The notes beneath the pieces are model-generated. The model made no database searches. It worked only from the letters and a program-made list of their open reading frames with translations, and was not told the origin of the DNA. From assembly GCA_964016885.1 (NCBI GenBank), contig OZ024742.1, positions 359,290,001 through 359,354,000 of the forward strand: 64,000 nucleotides of DNA, read 5' to 3'. The stretch is from Eledone cirrhosa. Lineage: Eukaryota. The translations under genes and the position numbers were made by a program. Of this stretch, positions 13,040 to 26,394 are shown piece by piece; the first letter of the stretch is position 1, and each line of letters begins with the position of its first letter.

Positions 13040-13320
13040 TGGCCGAAATAGGCTTCCTCCAAAGGGTCTTTGGAGTAACATTACTCGATAGAGGGCGTAG
13101 CTCGGAGATAAGATAATCACTCCAGGTAGAGCTGCTACTTCACTAAATTGGGAGATCACAGCTCCGATATTATGGGCATGGGGTTAGAATGTCTCAGGAA
13201 AGAATTGTTGTAAAGATTTTACGGGCAATGCCAACTGGCAGGAGACCCCAGTTAGTTGGATAACATGCATGGGCTTCAATGGTCTTGCTTGGGAATCCAG
13301 CCAGAACAACTTAAGATGGT
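13040..13320 (+). mobile_element. Degenerate RTE-like LINE 3' fragment
   Basis: Translation GVTLLDRGRSSEIR*SLQVELLLH*IGRSQLRYYGH matches the LINE C-terminal 'L.W.GH..RM' region, with stops. Confidence 0.6.
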
Positions 13321-13536
13321 TGCTTCAAACATATATGTGTAAGTCCCGGTTTCAATCGGGTGCAACCACAGTAAGTAACGTACCCAACACATTAGTAGAA
13401 TGTGAACATCATGTTTAATACAGAAATGGGTTCTACAGTACTAAAACTGTTTCTTTCAAAAATCAGCTTTTCTGCTGATTTCTTTTGAATGAAATAGTTC
13501 TAGCGCTGTAGAAGTCATTTCTATATAAACATGGTG

Positions 13537-13612
<76 letters not shown>

Positions 13613-13849
13613 GTAGAACACTGGAAGGTAATATCCGTAGTGGTAGAGCACTCAGTCCATGGGACGAGTTAGGTAGAAGTAGTTACACAGCAGTTAGTTC
13701 ACCATACCAAGAGCAATTGTTTCGGACTTTCGCAGTTATCCCCCTTACACATCTCGCACGCGATTTAGTATTGGCTGTGTGAAGTGATCGTTTCTGCTCA
13801 TGCGTGTTCATACGGTTGTCCTTCCTGTTCAGTATAACCATGTCCATTA

Positions 13850-13887
13850 CGAGCTGAGGATCCGCTAAGGTGAAACAATTGTTCTCG
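13850..13887 (+). ncRNA. Minimal type I hammerhead motif
   Basis: cgag CUGAGGA u-cc-gcuaa-gg-u GAAA caauug UU cucg. Its 3' half (13872-13922) is inverted at 13672-13725. Confidence 0.65.
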
Positions 13888-13916
13888 GTAAGGTGAACTA
13901 ACTGTTATGTAACCAC

Positions 13917-13960
<44 letters not shown>

Positions 13961-13963
13961 ATG

Positions 13964-14010
<47 letters not shown>

Positions 14011-14013
14011 ATG

Positions 14014-14044
<31 letters not shown>

Positions 14045-14605
14045 GTAAAATATCCGGCCACTCTTCACACACTCGATGGAATTACCTTAGGAACTTACCC
14101 ACGGACATACACTCAAAAAGATGTTTTGGGAACTACGCCACCTACATCCACAAAATGTATAAACACCACACACACGTGCGTAGCCCCACATATATACACA
14201 CTCAGCTTCCCGAATCATCCCCCATCCACTCCCCCACCCCTCTGACCCCTTCCCATCCACACGCACACACCCACCTACACCCCACCCCACACATACACCT
14301 TTTCCTGAACATGGAACCTCGTTCTTCCCCCAACTCTCACATCCACATACACACACACACACGTACAACTACACACATCCACCACCTTCAGCCCTCCCCG
14401 CTCGGACACCCCGCCTCCCTCTCCCCACTACACCCGCCACCACCCTACACGCCCCACACCCTTCTTCATGTTTATTTTTATTTTTATTTTTATTTTTTTT
14501 TATCTTTATTTGTACCCTTTCCAACGTTTTCCCCCTCCTCCTTTTTTTCTAAATGTCTCTCCTCCACTCCCCTACAAACCCTCGGAACTCTCTTCCCACC
14601 CACTT

Positions 14606-14642
14606 TTCGCCTGAAGAAGGGCTTATGCCCGAAACGTCGTTC
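14606..14642 (+). ncRNA. Minimal hammerhead core
   Basis: CUGAAGA a-gggc-uuau-gccc GAAA cg UC. Stem I is weak. Confidence 0.6.
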
Positions 14643-16398
14643 CCCACACCTCAGCGTGAAACTAATAAACCTTTGTTCGTACTGCCTCTCTGTTTTGTTC
14701 CCGTTCCATTTTTCACTATATATATATATATATATCTATATATATCTATATATATATATATATATATATATATCTATATATATATATATATATGTGTATA
14801 TATATCACATACGAAAAGGAGAATCAGTGGTGCGACGAATTTATTAGACATATTACAGTCGTTTCTCTGGCGACCAGCAGGAGGCACTATCGATGTAATG
14901 ATCGAACCTGACTCTGAAATTGCAAGATCCTCAGATACATCTCGATTCTTCGAAGCAGAGTTTCCAAATATCCAGTTACTCACGCGGCCTTCGCTCGCCA
15001 GCTTAAATCCTATTGTTGTCTGTCGATGAGTGGTCAACAATTGTACACGTCATCGGTATTTTTGACCACTCATGGCCGTCATTTATTTGGTTCCTTTCAT
15101 ATTCCAGCTTTCAATCAAAGTTGTTTCTTCTATCGGAATTACTACTGTAGGAGGTAAGGGGTTGTATGATTGAAACGCTCGCGCCCTGTCGCAGCCCTCC
15201 CGGCCTGTAGGCGCCTACAACCATGTCCATGTTTCGCGCAGGCGTGATACATATGGGCATGTATACACCCACAACAATCACACACACACCCGCAACTGTA
15301 CTATATGCGACAATCACAGTAAATATTGAATGTGCAGCGAATACTTGGAAAGATTTTTTTTTAAATTGTAAAACAATTTTTAAAAAATCGTTTCAGAAAA
15401 GCACACCCTCAAAATAACTTAAAAAACACACATTTCAAAAAAAAAAACCTTTAAAAAGAACATTAGGAAAAAAGTATATATTTATATATGTGTGTGTGTC
15501 TGATGGTAGCTAAGATGCTTCCATAGGCAGTATGCCAGTTGAGCACCCCTATGCTCTTACAGAGCAGAGTATGATATAATAGAAAACGAAAAATCAGTGA
15601 TGTATCTGAACTTTTATTGTGTGTTACAATTGTTTCGCCGGCGGACAGCTCGAGACGCGATCATTGTGTGGATCTGTCTGATTCTGGACCCGCAGGTTCG
15701 ACGGACACGACTAATGATTTCGGAGCATATACTCTCACTGGGGTATCTGATCCTCTGGGCCAGTACCGTCAAAAACTTCATCCTCTTCGCGCGTCCTGTG
15801 ATTGGCCGATGGTTGTCTACGTCATCATAATTCTGACCACAGGTACCAGTCCGCTGCCCATCAGGGCGTTAGCTGTCCCATGTCTGCTACACTTTAATAA
15901 ATAACTGGTGTGTTTGGTAGTTCACACATCCACGCGCACACTCACACAAACAATCACATATATAACAACAGTCGTACAAATAGACTCCCGCTATACACAT
16001 ACATTAAGGAGAACGTATAAACATATAAACATACGCATACTTGCATCCAGAGAGGCAATACATACACAGACACATGCCCACATGCCTATATACATCAGCA
16101 TACACACACACATGCGCATACACATGCATACGCGTATATATACCAGTACACACAAACACGTACAGACATATACATAGACACCCCCTCCACCCACGCACAC
16201 ACACATACACACACGTACCCATATACATATATACACACAGATACACACTCGTTCGCAAACACACATATATATACACACACAAACAAGCCCTGTCCCTACA
16301 GGGGTACTTGTACACACACTGGCTCATATACACTCTTACAATTGTGCGCATATTCAGAAACACACCCACGCACGCATAATATATATATATATATATAT

Positions 16399-18152
16399 AT
16401 GAAAACAGGGAGAAAGAGACGATTATGAGGAAGAAAAATATATTTTTTTCTTTTTTTTGTTTCTCTCTCTCTTTTTTCTGGGTTAGAAATGTTTTACTTT
16501 GTGTGAAGTGTTAAGGTATTAGTTGATTTATTTATTATTTAACAATACCATTTATTTATCTATTTATATATTTAATTGCCATCCTCATCAAGAAAGCAAG
16601 CAACAAAATAGAAACAGACATATACTACAAACCCACAGACTCCAAACAATACCTTCTATTCAACTCGTGCCACCCTAGACACACCAAACTGGCAATTCCT
16701 TATAACCTAGCCAGAAGGATCTGCACAATAGTTTCAGATAAATACACATGCTACACGCGACTAGAGGAATTAAAAAAACACACTTATCAGCAGAAACTAC
16801 CCACCATCCCTAATCACCAATGGATTCCAACGTGCCGTCAAACTAGACATCCAGGAACTCAGACACCCCAAACCCATGTGTGAACCGCAACAAAAAACTC
16901 TACCATACATCTCCACACACAACCCCCTCAACAATGAGGCATTCGACACCATCTTCCTGAACATTCCTTTACTAAAAAGAGACCCAAGAATGAACAATAT
17001 CCTCCAAACACACAACATCATGAAGAGCAAAAGACAACCCATATCCATAAAAAACTTCCTCACACAAGCCAAAATCCAACAAACCCTCACAATGAATCCT
17101 ACATTAACAAAATGCGGCATATGCATAAATCTAATAGAAGATTCAACATTCCATTTTAAACAAGGACAATGTTTCACAGTTAAACACAACTTTACATGTG
17201 CATCTGAAAACCTTATCTATGTTTTGACAAGCTCAGGTTTCAAGAGCACTACATAGGACAGACAGAAAACAGCCTCCGTTAACGTATGACCGTCCATAAA
17301 TCACAAATTAAAATACAGGAATACAGAAAGATTGCATTTAGTGAACATATCGCCAATTGAGCTCTCAACCAACATCCAAACTTTAAAATTTTCCCCATTT
17401 ATAAATTCATAGACAACGCTAATTTTATCCAACGTACCAATAAGGAAACACATTTCATTAATACATTTCAACCACTACTCAATGCCCTAAAAATCGGACC
17501 AATCTAAAACTGCAACAAACCATCAAACATTTACAAGAGTTACCTCCCTCACACCCTACAAAATCCTTTTTCTTAAATAAATTAAATATCACCCAGCAAG
17601 AATTGCTTCCCTCTGCATATTAACTCTCTAAAAAGGGAAATCATATCAAACCACAGTCCACCATTTGCCTCCTTCACGGAACTATCGTTCAACTAAGCAT
17701 TCTTGCGATATTAACACATTTTGAACTGCTTAACTTCAATGACTGTGCTTGTAAGTAACATTATTTTTTCTTCCAGATTGACTTTTTACGTTCCACATTA
17801 TGCACGTTTTTTTTTTCCTTTTTCCTTTTTCTTTTCACTTCTTAAACCTTGTTTGTATATAACATTATTCTTTCTGCATGTTCTGTTTAACATGTGCGAC
17901 ACCACATTAATACATTTCACTATCATTTGATAATGCATATAAATGCAGAAACTGGTAATAAACAATAATTAAATAGATACATAGATAAATAAATGCCATT
18001 GTTAAATAATAAATAAATCAATTAATAACTTAACACTTCACACAAAGTAAAACATTTCGTTTTAATCATTTTCTCACCCAGAAAAGAGAGAGAGAGAAAC
18101 AAAAAAGGAAAAACAAATTTGTTCTTCCTCATAATCGTCTCTTTCTCCCTGT

Positions 18153-18157
<5 letters not shown>
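16399..18157 (+). mobile_element. 5'-truncated Penelope-like element (Neptune-like RT thumb + GIY-YIG) with inverted 3' copy
   Basis: IETDIYYKPTDSKQYLLFNSCHPRHTKLAIPYNLARRICTIVS at ~16607, then KCGIC..CASENLIYVL and YIGQT. Frameshifted. 16399-16577 is the reverse complement of ~17965-18157. A degenerate HHR (ttgataa tgca..tgca gaaa ctgg ta) lies at ~17927-17958. Confidence 0.85.
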
Positions 18158-18210
<53 letters not shown>

Positions 18211-18237
18211 TAACTCGTGTGCCTCCTCTCCACATTT

Positions 18238-18283
<46 letters not shown>

Positions 18284-18474
18284 ACATAAGTAGAATATAC
18301 ACACAAAGTCATATCAAGATACACAGTGGGTCATACATGAAAGGATACATCTTGTTATACAAATGAACATATATAAAAAATATATACATACACACACATA
18401 TATATATATACATACATATAGTATGTACATATATATATAACAAAGTATAAAATATACTAAAATTATACATATAA

Positions 18475-18615
18475 CTGTTTCTACTTTAGGCACAAGGCCA
18501 GCAATTACCCAGTGCATTGCTGGTACTTTATTTTATCGACCCCGTAAGGATGAAAGGCAAAATCAACCTCCGCGGGATTTGAACTCAGATCGTAAAGGGA
18601 CGTAACTAAACGGCA
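18475..18615 (-). mobile_element. SINE family A copy
   Basis: tgtttctactttaggcacaaggccagc..ctggtactttattttatcgaccccgtaaggatgaaaggc..ggatttgaactc. Confidence 0.8.
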
Positions 18616-18897
18616 CATAGAGATACACAGTGTGCTATACATAAAAGTGTGCACCCAGTTGTATGTGTCTACAAAGATGTTGTTACGTTGCAAACATGGA
18701 TCAAACCACATATGGAATCTTCACGCAAAGCCACATAAGGGGCGTTCATAGTATTACAGTAAATAGTATGCGTAGACCGTACATAGAAAATGCGTGAATA
18801 ATATATATAAAGTCCGCCGACGAAACAATCGTAACACACAATGAATTGTGTTCAGAGGCATCACTGATTTTTCGTTTTCTATTATAAATATATATAT

Positions 18898-19785
18898 CAC
18901 TCACTCACTGTTTCTCCTCTCCTCACTTCACCCCGTTCGCGACGAAAGCAATTTCTCTCTCTCTCACATTGCATTCGTTCGCGAAAGGTCTTTTTTCTAA
19001 GCGCTCATATATTCACCTAGCTTATGCTAACAGAATAACTATGAAGCTTGTTTCCTTCCTTCTACGGTTAGCTCTACTCTTTTTTGTTGTCCTGTCTAAC
19101 TCGCTTTACGCGTTTTAATTGTCCTAATAACTTAATTTAGTTATTATTGCACCGATGTGAGGTATATGATTTTTAATGCAATGAAATATCTATGATCGTC
19201 GGCAAATCACTGATGAGGGACTTATTTTATTACATGTTATCCATGTGCTACCATCAGTATTTTTCTCCCCATTTTATCACATATATTTACCTAAACTGCG
19301 ATTCTGTTTTTTTCTCTCTCTCTCGCTTACTGCTCCCTCATTCTCTCTGTTTCTCCTACTTTCTTTCGCCCCCTCTGTCATGTCAGTTAACTCTTCCGCA
19401 CACTTCCACTCACTCACTCACTGTTTCTCCTCTCCTCACTTCACCCCGTTCGCGACGAAAGCAATTTCTCTCTTTCTCACATTGCATTCGTTCACGAAAG
19501 GTCTTTTTTCTAAGCGCTCATATATTCACCTAGCTTATGCTAACAGAATAACCATGAAGCTTGTTTCCTTCCTTCTACAGTTAGCTCTACTCTTTGTTGT
19601 TATCCTGTCTCACTCGCTTTACGCGTTTTAATTGTCCTAATTTAATTTAGTTATTATTGCACCGACGTGAGGTATATGATTTTTAATGCAATGAAATATC
19701 TATGATCGTCGGCAAATCACTGATGAGGGACTTATTTTATTACATGTTATCCATGTGCTACCAGCAGTATTTTTCTCCCCATTTT

Positions 19786-19789
<4 letters not shown>
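18898..19789 (+). repeat. Tandem ~510-bp unit (about 1.75 copies) between (TA)n tracts
   Basis: 18898-19281 is repeated at 19411-19789. Confidence 0.85.
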
Positions 19790-19839
<50 letters not shown>

Positions 19840-19952
19840 AAAAAGTATGACCCCCAAGGGGTCATACCTTTTCCTATCTCCCACTCTACTACACTAAGTA
19901 TTGAGTACTCTGGTGCGTTATGGTCCATCTGGTTCCTTACCACAATCCCTTT

Positions 19953-20040
<88 letters not shown>

Positions 20041-20046
<6 letters not shown>

Positions 20047-20262
20047 CAGGTTTAGCAAATAAGAAAAAGTTTCAAAATATATTTTTTTAAATTAACTTTA
20101 CTTACTATGGTAACCTTCACCGAATCGGTTTCGAGTCTCAAAAATAAACGGGCAGTCCATACGGCATCCGTTGCAAAGATAAACTCTCGTCAGAAGGATC
20201 TGTAAAGTTAATTTTTTAAAATTTATTTTGAAATTTTTTCTTATTTGCTAAACCTGATTATA
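20041..20262 (-). mobile_element. ~60-bp inverted repeats enclosing a degenerate hammerhead (20114-20197)
   Basis: The inverted repeats are 20041-20100 and 20203-20262. Minus strand reads ccuu CUGACGA gagu...acuc GAAA ccga-u-ucgg UG aagg; the cleavage site is UG, which is non-canonical. Confidence 0.6.
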
Positions 20263-20402
20263 TATGTCCTGGCTCGTTAATTTATTAACCCGTCATTGAA
20301 CCACATTGGCATATGGTTGGACAATACATGTGTCCCTAAGCGCCTTGTGCGTGTAGGAACATATACTTTATTATTATATATATATACATATATATATACA
20401 CA

Positions 20403-20558
<156 letters not shown>

Positions 20559-20674
20559 TAGATATAGATATAGATATAGATATATAGATATAGATATATA
20601 TACATATATACATATATATACATATATATATATATATACATATATATATACATATATACATATATATATATATA

Positions 20675-21372
20675 TGTGAAAAATATGGGGAGAAGAATAC
20701 TGCATGGTTGCACATGGATTACATGTTATAAAATGAGTCCCTCATCAGTGATTTGCCAACGATCATTGGTATTTCATCGCATTAAAAATAATATACCTCA
20801 CGTTGGTGCGACAATAACTAAAATAAGTTATTAGGACAATTGAAACGCGTAAAACGAGTGAGACAAGTAAACAACACAGGGGAAACCTAACCGAAGATAG
20901 AAAGAAACACAAGCAACATGGTTATTCTGTCAGTATAAGCTGGGTGAATACATGTGCGAGTAAGAAACAGACCTTCCGCTAGTGAATCCGGTGTAAGAAA
21001 GAAGGAAAATCGGATTCGTAGCGGACGGGGGGAAGTGAGAAGGGGAGAAACAGAGAGTGAGTGAGTGGAAGTGCGAGGAAGAGGTCAGTAGAGAGAAAGT
21101 GTTAACTGACATGACAGAGGGGACGAAAGAAAGTAAGAGAAACAGAGATAACGAGGGAGCAGTAAGAGAGAAAGAGAGAAACACAGAATCGCAGTTTAGG
21201 TAAATATATGTGAAAAATATGGGGAGAAGAATACTGCATGGCTGCACATGGATTACATGTTTTAAAATGAGTCCCTCATCAGTGATTTGCCAACGATCAT
21301 TGGTATTTCATCGCATTAAAAATCATATACCTCACGTTGGTGCGACAATAACTAAAATAAGTTATTAGGACA
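20675..21372 (-). repeat. Diverged, oppositely oriented partial-tandem relative of the 18898-19789 unit
   Basis: The ~165-bp block 20675-20840 is repeated at 21208-21372. It is reverse-complement homologous to the 19.1-19.8 kb unit. Confidence 0.8.
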
Positions 21373-21477
21373 AATAGCCGTCGAAATATGTATATATATA
21401 CATATTCCGACGGCTATTTCTGTCCAGAAATAGCCGTCGAAACGGCTTGAGCTCTGCCGTGGGGGTGATACTTTTTC

Positions 21478-21510
<33 letters not shown>

Positions 21511-21525
21511 CATGTGTGTGAAGTC

Positions 21526-21730
21526 GCGTGGCTGAGTGTTTAGAGAATTGGATTCGCAATCGTGAGGTTGTGAATTCAATTCCCGGACTGGTTGATGCGT
21601 TATGTCCTTAGACAAGACACTTTATTTCACGTTGCTCCTTCTACCTGGAGTTGCGGCCGATAGATAGTACGAGCAGTTGGAAACACTGTATTCACGGTCC
21701 GATTTGACGAAAAGGTCGATCGACTGTCGA
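21526..21730 (+). mobile_element. tRNA-derived SINE family B
   Basis: A box gtggctgagtgtttag, B-box-like gaattcaattccc, then tgtcct..gacaagacactttatttcacgttgctcc. Homologous to 48229-48447 (-), 60045-60185 (+) and 63588-63840 (+). Confidence 0.8.
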
Positions 21731-21761
21731 TATATATATATATATATATCAATAATATTAA

Positions 21762-23455
21762 TTGTTTCTACTTTAGGCACAAGGCCAGCAATTACCCAGT
21801 ATATTACTGGTACTTTATTTTATCGACCCCGTAAGGATGAAAGGCAAAGTTAACCTCGGCGAGATTTCAACTCAGACTGTAAAGGGACGTAACTATTATA
21901 GATAGCATGGCGTCCAACCCTCTACCGATACTGCCAATTCACCAAATGGAAATTATCTTTATAAAACCATATTTATTTTATTATATATATTTCAAGAGTA
22001 CCAACATTTATCTATAAAACAACTTTTGTATTTTATCTGATGAGGCCGTACCAAAAATGTTGGTACCCATGAAATATATATAATAAAATAAATATGGTTT
22101 TATAAAGATAGTTTCCATTTATTAATATTATTGATATTATATTCCAGAGACGAGCACCACACAATAAAATAATGACCGAGAGCCAATAGTAATAATTCAC
22201 ACAACTCACATTCTCCACAGTTGCAACACTTATTAATGCTACGCAGAGCTGGTACCATATATTGTATACAATTCTCACACAGAATTACGTAACACGAATT
22301 ACAGAGCACATAGGAAACATATTTCAACCGACAAAATGACACAAAGTACTAGTCACGCACTTTATTTTATCGACCCCGTAATGATGAAAAGCAAAGTTAA
22401 CCTCGGCGGGATTTGATCTCAGATCATAAAGGGCCGTAACTCTATGCTGCAAAGCATGGCGTCCAACCCTCTACCGATACTGCCAATCCACCGCCCTCAC
22501 CGCCCTGATAAATTAATAATAGTTTTTAATTTACGTACAAGGCCAGCAATATAGGGAGGGGGGATATCGATTAAATCGACCCAATGTGAGACTGGCACTT
22601 TATTTTATCGACTTCGAAAGGCTATGCTCACTTTTGTGGCATTTGAACTGAGAATGTAAAAGGCCATAACACTCTGCCGCCAAGCAGGGTGTCCGACACT
22701 CTACCAATCCATAATAGTAACAATAATTGTTTCTAATAGAGGTACAAGTTCAGCAATTTGAAGGAAAGGGGAAAGTCGATTAAATGGACCCCTGTGCATT
22801 ACTGGTACTTTATTTCATCGACCCCATAAGGATGAAAGGTAAAGCTAGCCTCGACGGGATTTGAACTCAGAACGTAAAGGGCAGTAACTCTTTGTCGCGG
22901 AAATAATTAATTAATTTATGAAGATTCGTCCACTGACAAAATCTTGATATAAATTATTATCCATTTAATTGTGGTGATTATTGAGTTTCTTCACGACCAG
23001 AAACACGTTGTCTTAGTATTTAGTAGAACTATATAATGTTGATATAGTAAAATATCTCATTGTTCTAATTGACAATATATATTTCCAGGTTTTTTTATGT
23101 AAGATATTAAAATGTTGCACCTTTAGCATCAATATCTATTCCAGTTCTCTCTGCTTCAGGTTATCTATCGACAAGACGATATATTTATATATTTATATAT
23201 TTATATCAACATGGTATTATATATATACGTGTGGGTTGGGGCGGTGGATTGGCAGTATCGGTAAGGGCGGTGGATTGGCAGTATCAGTAGAGGGTAGGAC
23301 ACCATGCTTTGCAGCAAAGAGTTACGGTCCTTTATGGTCTGAGTTCAAATCCCGCCGAGGTTAACTTTGCCTTTCATCCTTACGGGGTCGATAAAATAAA
23401 GCACCAGTAATGCACTGGGATAATTGCTGGCCTTGTGCCAAAAGTAGAAACAATT
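21762..23455. mobile_element. Cluster of five SINE family A copies
   Basis: Copies at ~21762-21943 (-), 22357-22500 (-), 22520-22710 (-), 22727-22890 (-) and 23240-23455 (+). Confidence 0.8.
22029..22090 (+). ncRNA. Type I hammerhead motif
   Basis: uauuuuau CUGAUGA g..guaccaa-aaaug-uugguac..u GAAA uauaua UA auaaaaua. Its 3' part is inverted at ~21945-22008. Confidence 0.7.
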
Positions 23456-23466
23456 ATATATATACG

Positions 23467-23947
23467 TGTGTGTGTGTGTGTGTGTGTGTGAGTGTGTGAG
23501 TGTGTTTGTGTATGTCGGTGTGTGTGAGTGTGTTTGTGTGTGTGTATGTCTGTGTGTGTGAGTGTGTTTGTGTGTGTGCGTGTCTGTGTGAGGGGGCGGA
23601 TGTGTGTCTTTGCGTGTGTGTATGTCTGTGTGTGGGGGTGGATGTGTGTCTGTGTGTGTGTGTATGAATGTGTGTGTGAGTGTGTTTGTGTGTATGTGTG
23701 TGTGGGGGGTGTATGTGTGTGTGTATGTATGCGTGTCTATGTCTGTGTATTTGTGTGTTTCTGTGTGTGTCTATCTGTGCGTGTGTGGGTGGGTGTGTAT
23801 CTGTGAATGTGTGTCTGTGTGTGTGTGGGTGTGTGTTTCTGTGTGTGGGTGTGTGTGCATGTGTGTGTGCATGTGTGTATCTGTCTCTGTGTGTGTATGT
23901 ATGTGTGTGTGCGTGTGTCTGTCTGTGTGAGTGGGTGTGTGTTTGTG
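23467..23947. repeat. Degenerate (GT)n microsatellite
   Basis: Directly visible. Confidence 0.95.
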
Positions 23948-24155
23948 TAAGGAAAGAATGAAGTAGGTGGCAGCAGTTTACCGAACGTAGAAGAGAAAAT
24001 AATAGTCAACGTAAAAAGACAATTCAACAATATATTAGAGAAGATATGAAGAATGGAGCCTCTGCATAATTATCAAGCCACTTACTTCGACGAAGGGAAA
24101 GTGAAAGCCAGCACTAACATCAGTTCCAACGCCTCAGCATCCTCCGGGAAAAGGC

Positions 24156-24286
24156 CTTCTCTAACTGTCCACCGGGGTCGCGGTAGCAGCAAGCACGTGG
24201 GCCCCCCGTTTGCTAATAAAATTGAGAGATTGGGAGAGCGAGGGAGACGGAGGCAGGGACTGTACTAGGATTGCTGAAGTATTTTG
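24156..24286. repeat. Dispersed GC-rich element, copy 2 of 3
   Basis: cttctctaactgtcc..ggggtcgcg..agcacgtgggcccccc..gagagattgggagagcga..attgctgaagtattttg. Confidence 0.7.
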
Positions 24287-24564
24287 GGAAGAATAATTAT
24301 ATAAACAACCAACCAGCCAGTACCACCACCACCACCACCACCAAAACCGCCAATACCACCACCAGCAACACCACCTATCAAGCAGTATCAACGAGCCACC
24401 ACCATCTCCCAAACAGTATCAACCAGCCACCACCACCACCTCCACCATCATCTCCCAAACAGTATCAACCAGTCACCACCACCACACCACCATCTACTAA
24501 CCAGTATCAACCAGCCACCAATAACAAAAACAACTACCAACCAGTATCAACCAATCTACAACGA

Positions 24565-24995
24565 CAAATAGTTCAAGTTACGGAGTTTGTATATCTCGGT
24601 CAAACTGTCATCAAACAACAATGGAATGGTTGCTGAGCAATATCGCATCGCTCAAGAACACGGAACGAGTTTCCTATCATGTGAAGGCTAATATCTTTGA
24701 TACTTACATCCTACCAGTTGTGTTATATGGTCTTGACTGTGTTAATTGGACGACAAGGTTACTTCAGAAGCTCTCTACATTCCAGAACCACATCATGAGA
24801 CTTATGACAGGCAAGCGGCTCAGCGACCATATCTGTATCAGTGAGCTGCTCAACATTACCAAACTTGGACCAATTACATCAATTGTGAAGTCAAAAGTTC
24901 TCAAACTATACGGCCATATAAAAAGATCAGCTCGTGTTATGAGTAGGTTATGCCTGGAAAGAGAAGCAGAGGTCGGATCCAAAACGATGGCTTGA
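24565..24995 (+). mobile_element. RTE-like LINE ORF 3' fragment
   Basis: IVQVTEFVYLGQ, then KANIFDTYILPVVLYGLDCVNWT...FQNHIMRLMTG...LKLYGHIKR (post-RT region of non-LTR elements). Confidence 0.75.
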
Positions 24996-25768
24996 CAATG
25001 TCAATTTATGGACTGGGCTTGATCTTTGGTCTTTAGAACTCTGCTGCTGGAGAGAAATATCACATGTTGATGCGCAGACTGTACTGGCGGAGTTTAGCGT
25101 CACAAGAAGACGTAATGGCTATTCAAAACTAATTATACAAGGGAAATTCTAGAAACGAATCTATTATTAAATGAAGACTAAACATCCAGCACTATAAGAA
25201 AAGTGGGGACGTTATTTCTTGTTGACCAATCCCTGTCAATATATTTTCACACATATGATCGAATCTATAAATGTTGTTCACAGGATGATAGGTTGGTGTT
25301 GCTATGATTTCATGGATAAGAAATGACATATAAAACTTATAAAAATGGATAAGTATAGAAAGCTGGCCGCAGGAATTTGGGACATAAATGAAAGATCAAG
25401 ACAAATCGTCCGGAATTAATACTCAAGAACTGAAACAAAAACAATATCTGGCTAAAATATCGCCTACACATCCTACATATCCACTGTACAACGATCAGAA
25501 ATTGAAAATAGTACTAATAATAACTGAACTACTATCAAATGTGTTCAACAAAACAGTAATTATACTTTTTGATTTCCAAACTATAGAAAATACTAGGAAC
25601 AGCCAATATTCTATCCGATACATGTTCACTTTATTAGTGCCACTGCAACAGGACTTATTCTGCAGGCAACCCAAGATCTGTAGAATCAGAAGCAAACAAA
25701 CAAGGTATTTAACACTGCAGGCACACAGCACAACAATCAAACTTAACCTAACAGTAACATCAGAAACA

Positions 25769-25769
<1 letters not shown>

Positions 25770-25799
<30 letters not shown>

Positions 25800-25849
25800 C
25801 TTCTTCTTCTTCTTCTTCTTCTTCTTCTTCTTCTTCTTCTTCTTCTTCT
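25770..25849. repeat. (TTC)n microsatellite
   Basis: Directly visible. Confidence 0.95.
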
Positions 25850-26394
25850 GAGAGGATCGTGGCGGCAGAGTCCTCAAACACTCCCAGTGGATTCTGTCAA
25901 GAGAAACCATCTCCAACTGATCCGGCTGCATCCCCAAACAAGACCAGCCAAGCCCATGGGTCTCCATCTTGCTCAGGGTCTGCCCATGGGTTTCCTGCCG
26001 GTTGGTTTTGCCCGTAAATTCTGTCCAGCGATCTTTCATGAGACATTCTAACCACATTCCCATAGTATCAGAAACTAGACGGAAAATCAGATAACAAATT
26101 TCTTCTTATGTTGTAAACAAACTGAAGGTTATCTCGCATATAGGAAATTCTACGCACAAATAAAATATCACCTGTTGCTTTTTAAATGAAAGTATCCTTG
26201 AGTTGATAACGTTCTTAATTATTGATTAGGGAATTTTACAAACCCCTATGAAGTTATACAAGAATCAACAATTCTTACATAGACGAAAGCAATAACAATT
26301 TCTATCACACAGCGGATAAAAGCAACAGTATTCCACACAAGGCGAATTAATATTTTACTATGTATTCAACCATCCTCTTCTTAAAGGCCTCCAG

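Noticed and set aside
21526-21600. tRNA genes at SINE heads
   Set aside because: The A/B boxes continue into SINE bodies and no complete cloverleaf forms.
24271-24560. Pro/Thr-rich mucin-like exon
   Set aside because: It is a degenerate (ACC)n/cagtatcaacc minisatellite that runs into a LINE fragment, with no splice evidence.
25388-26063. 209-aa poly-Ser ORF and antisense poly-E/K ORFs
   Set aside because: They are driven by the (TTC)n tract and show no recognisable domain.
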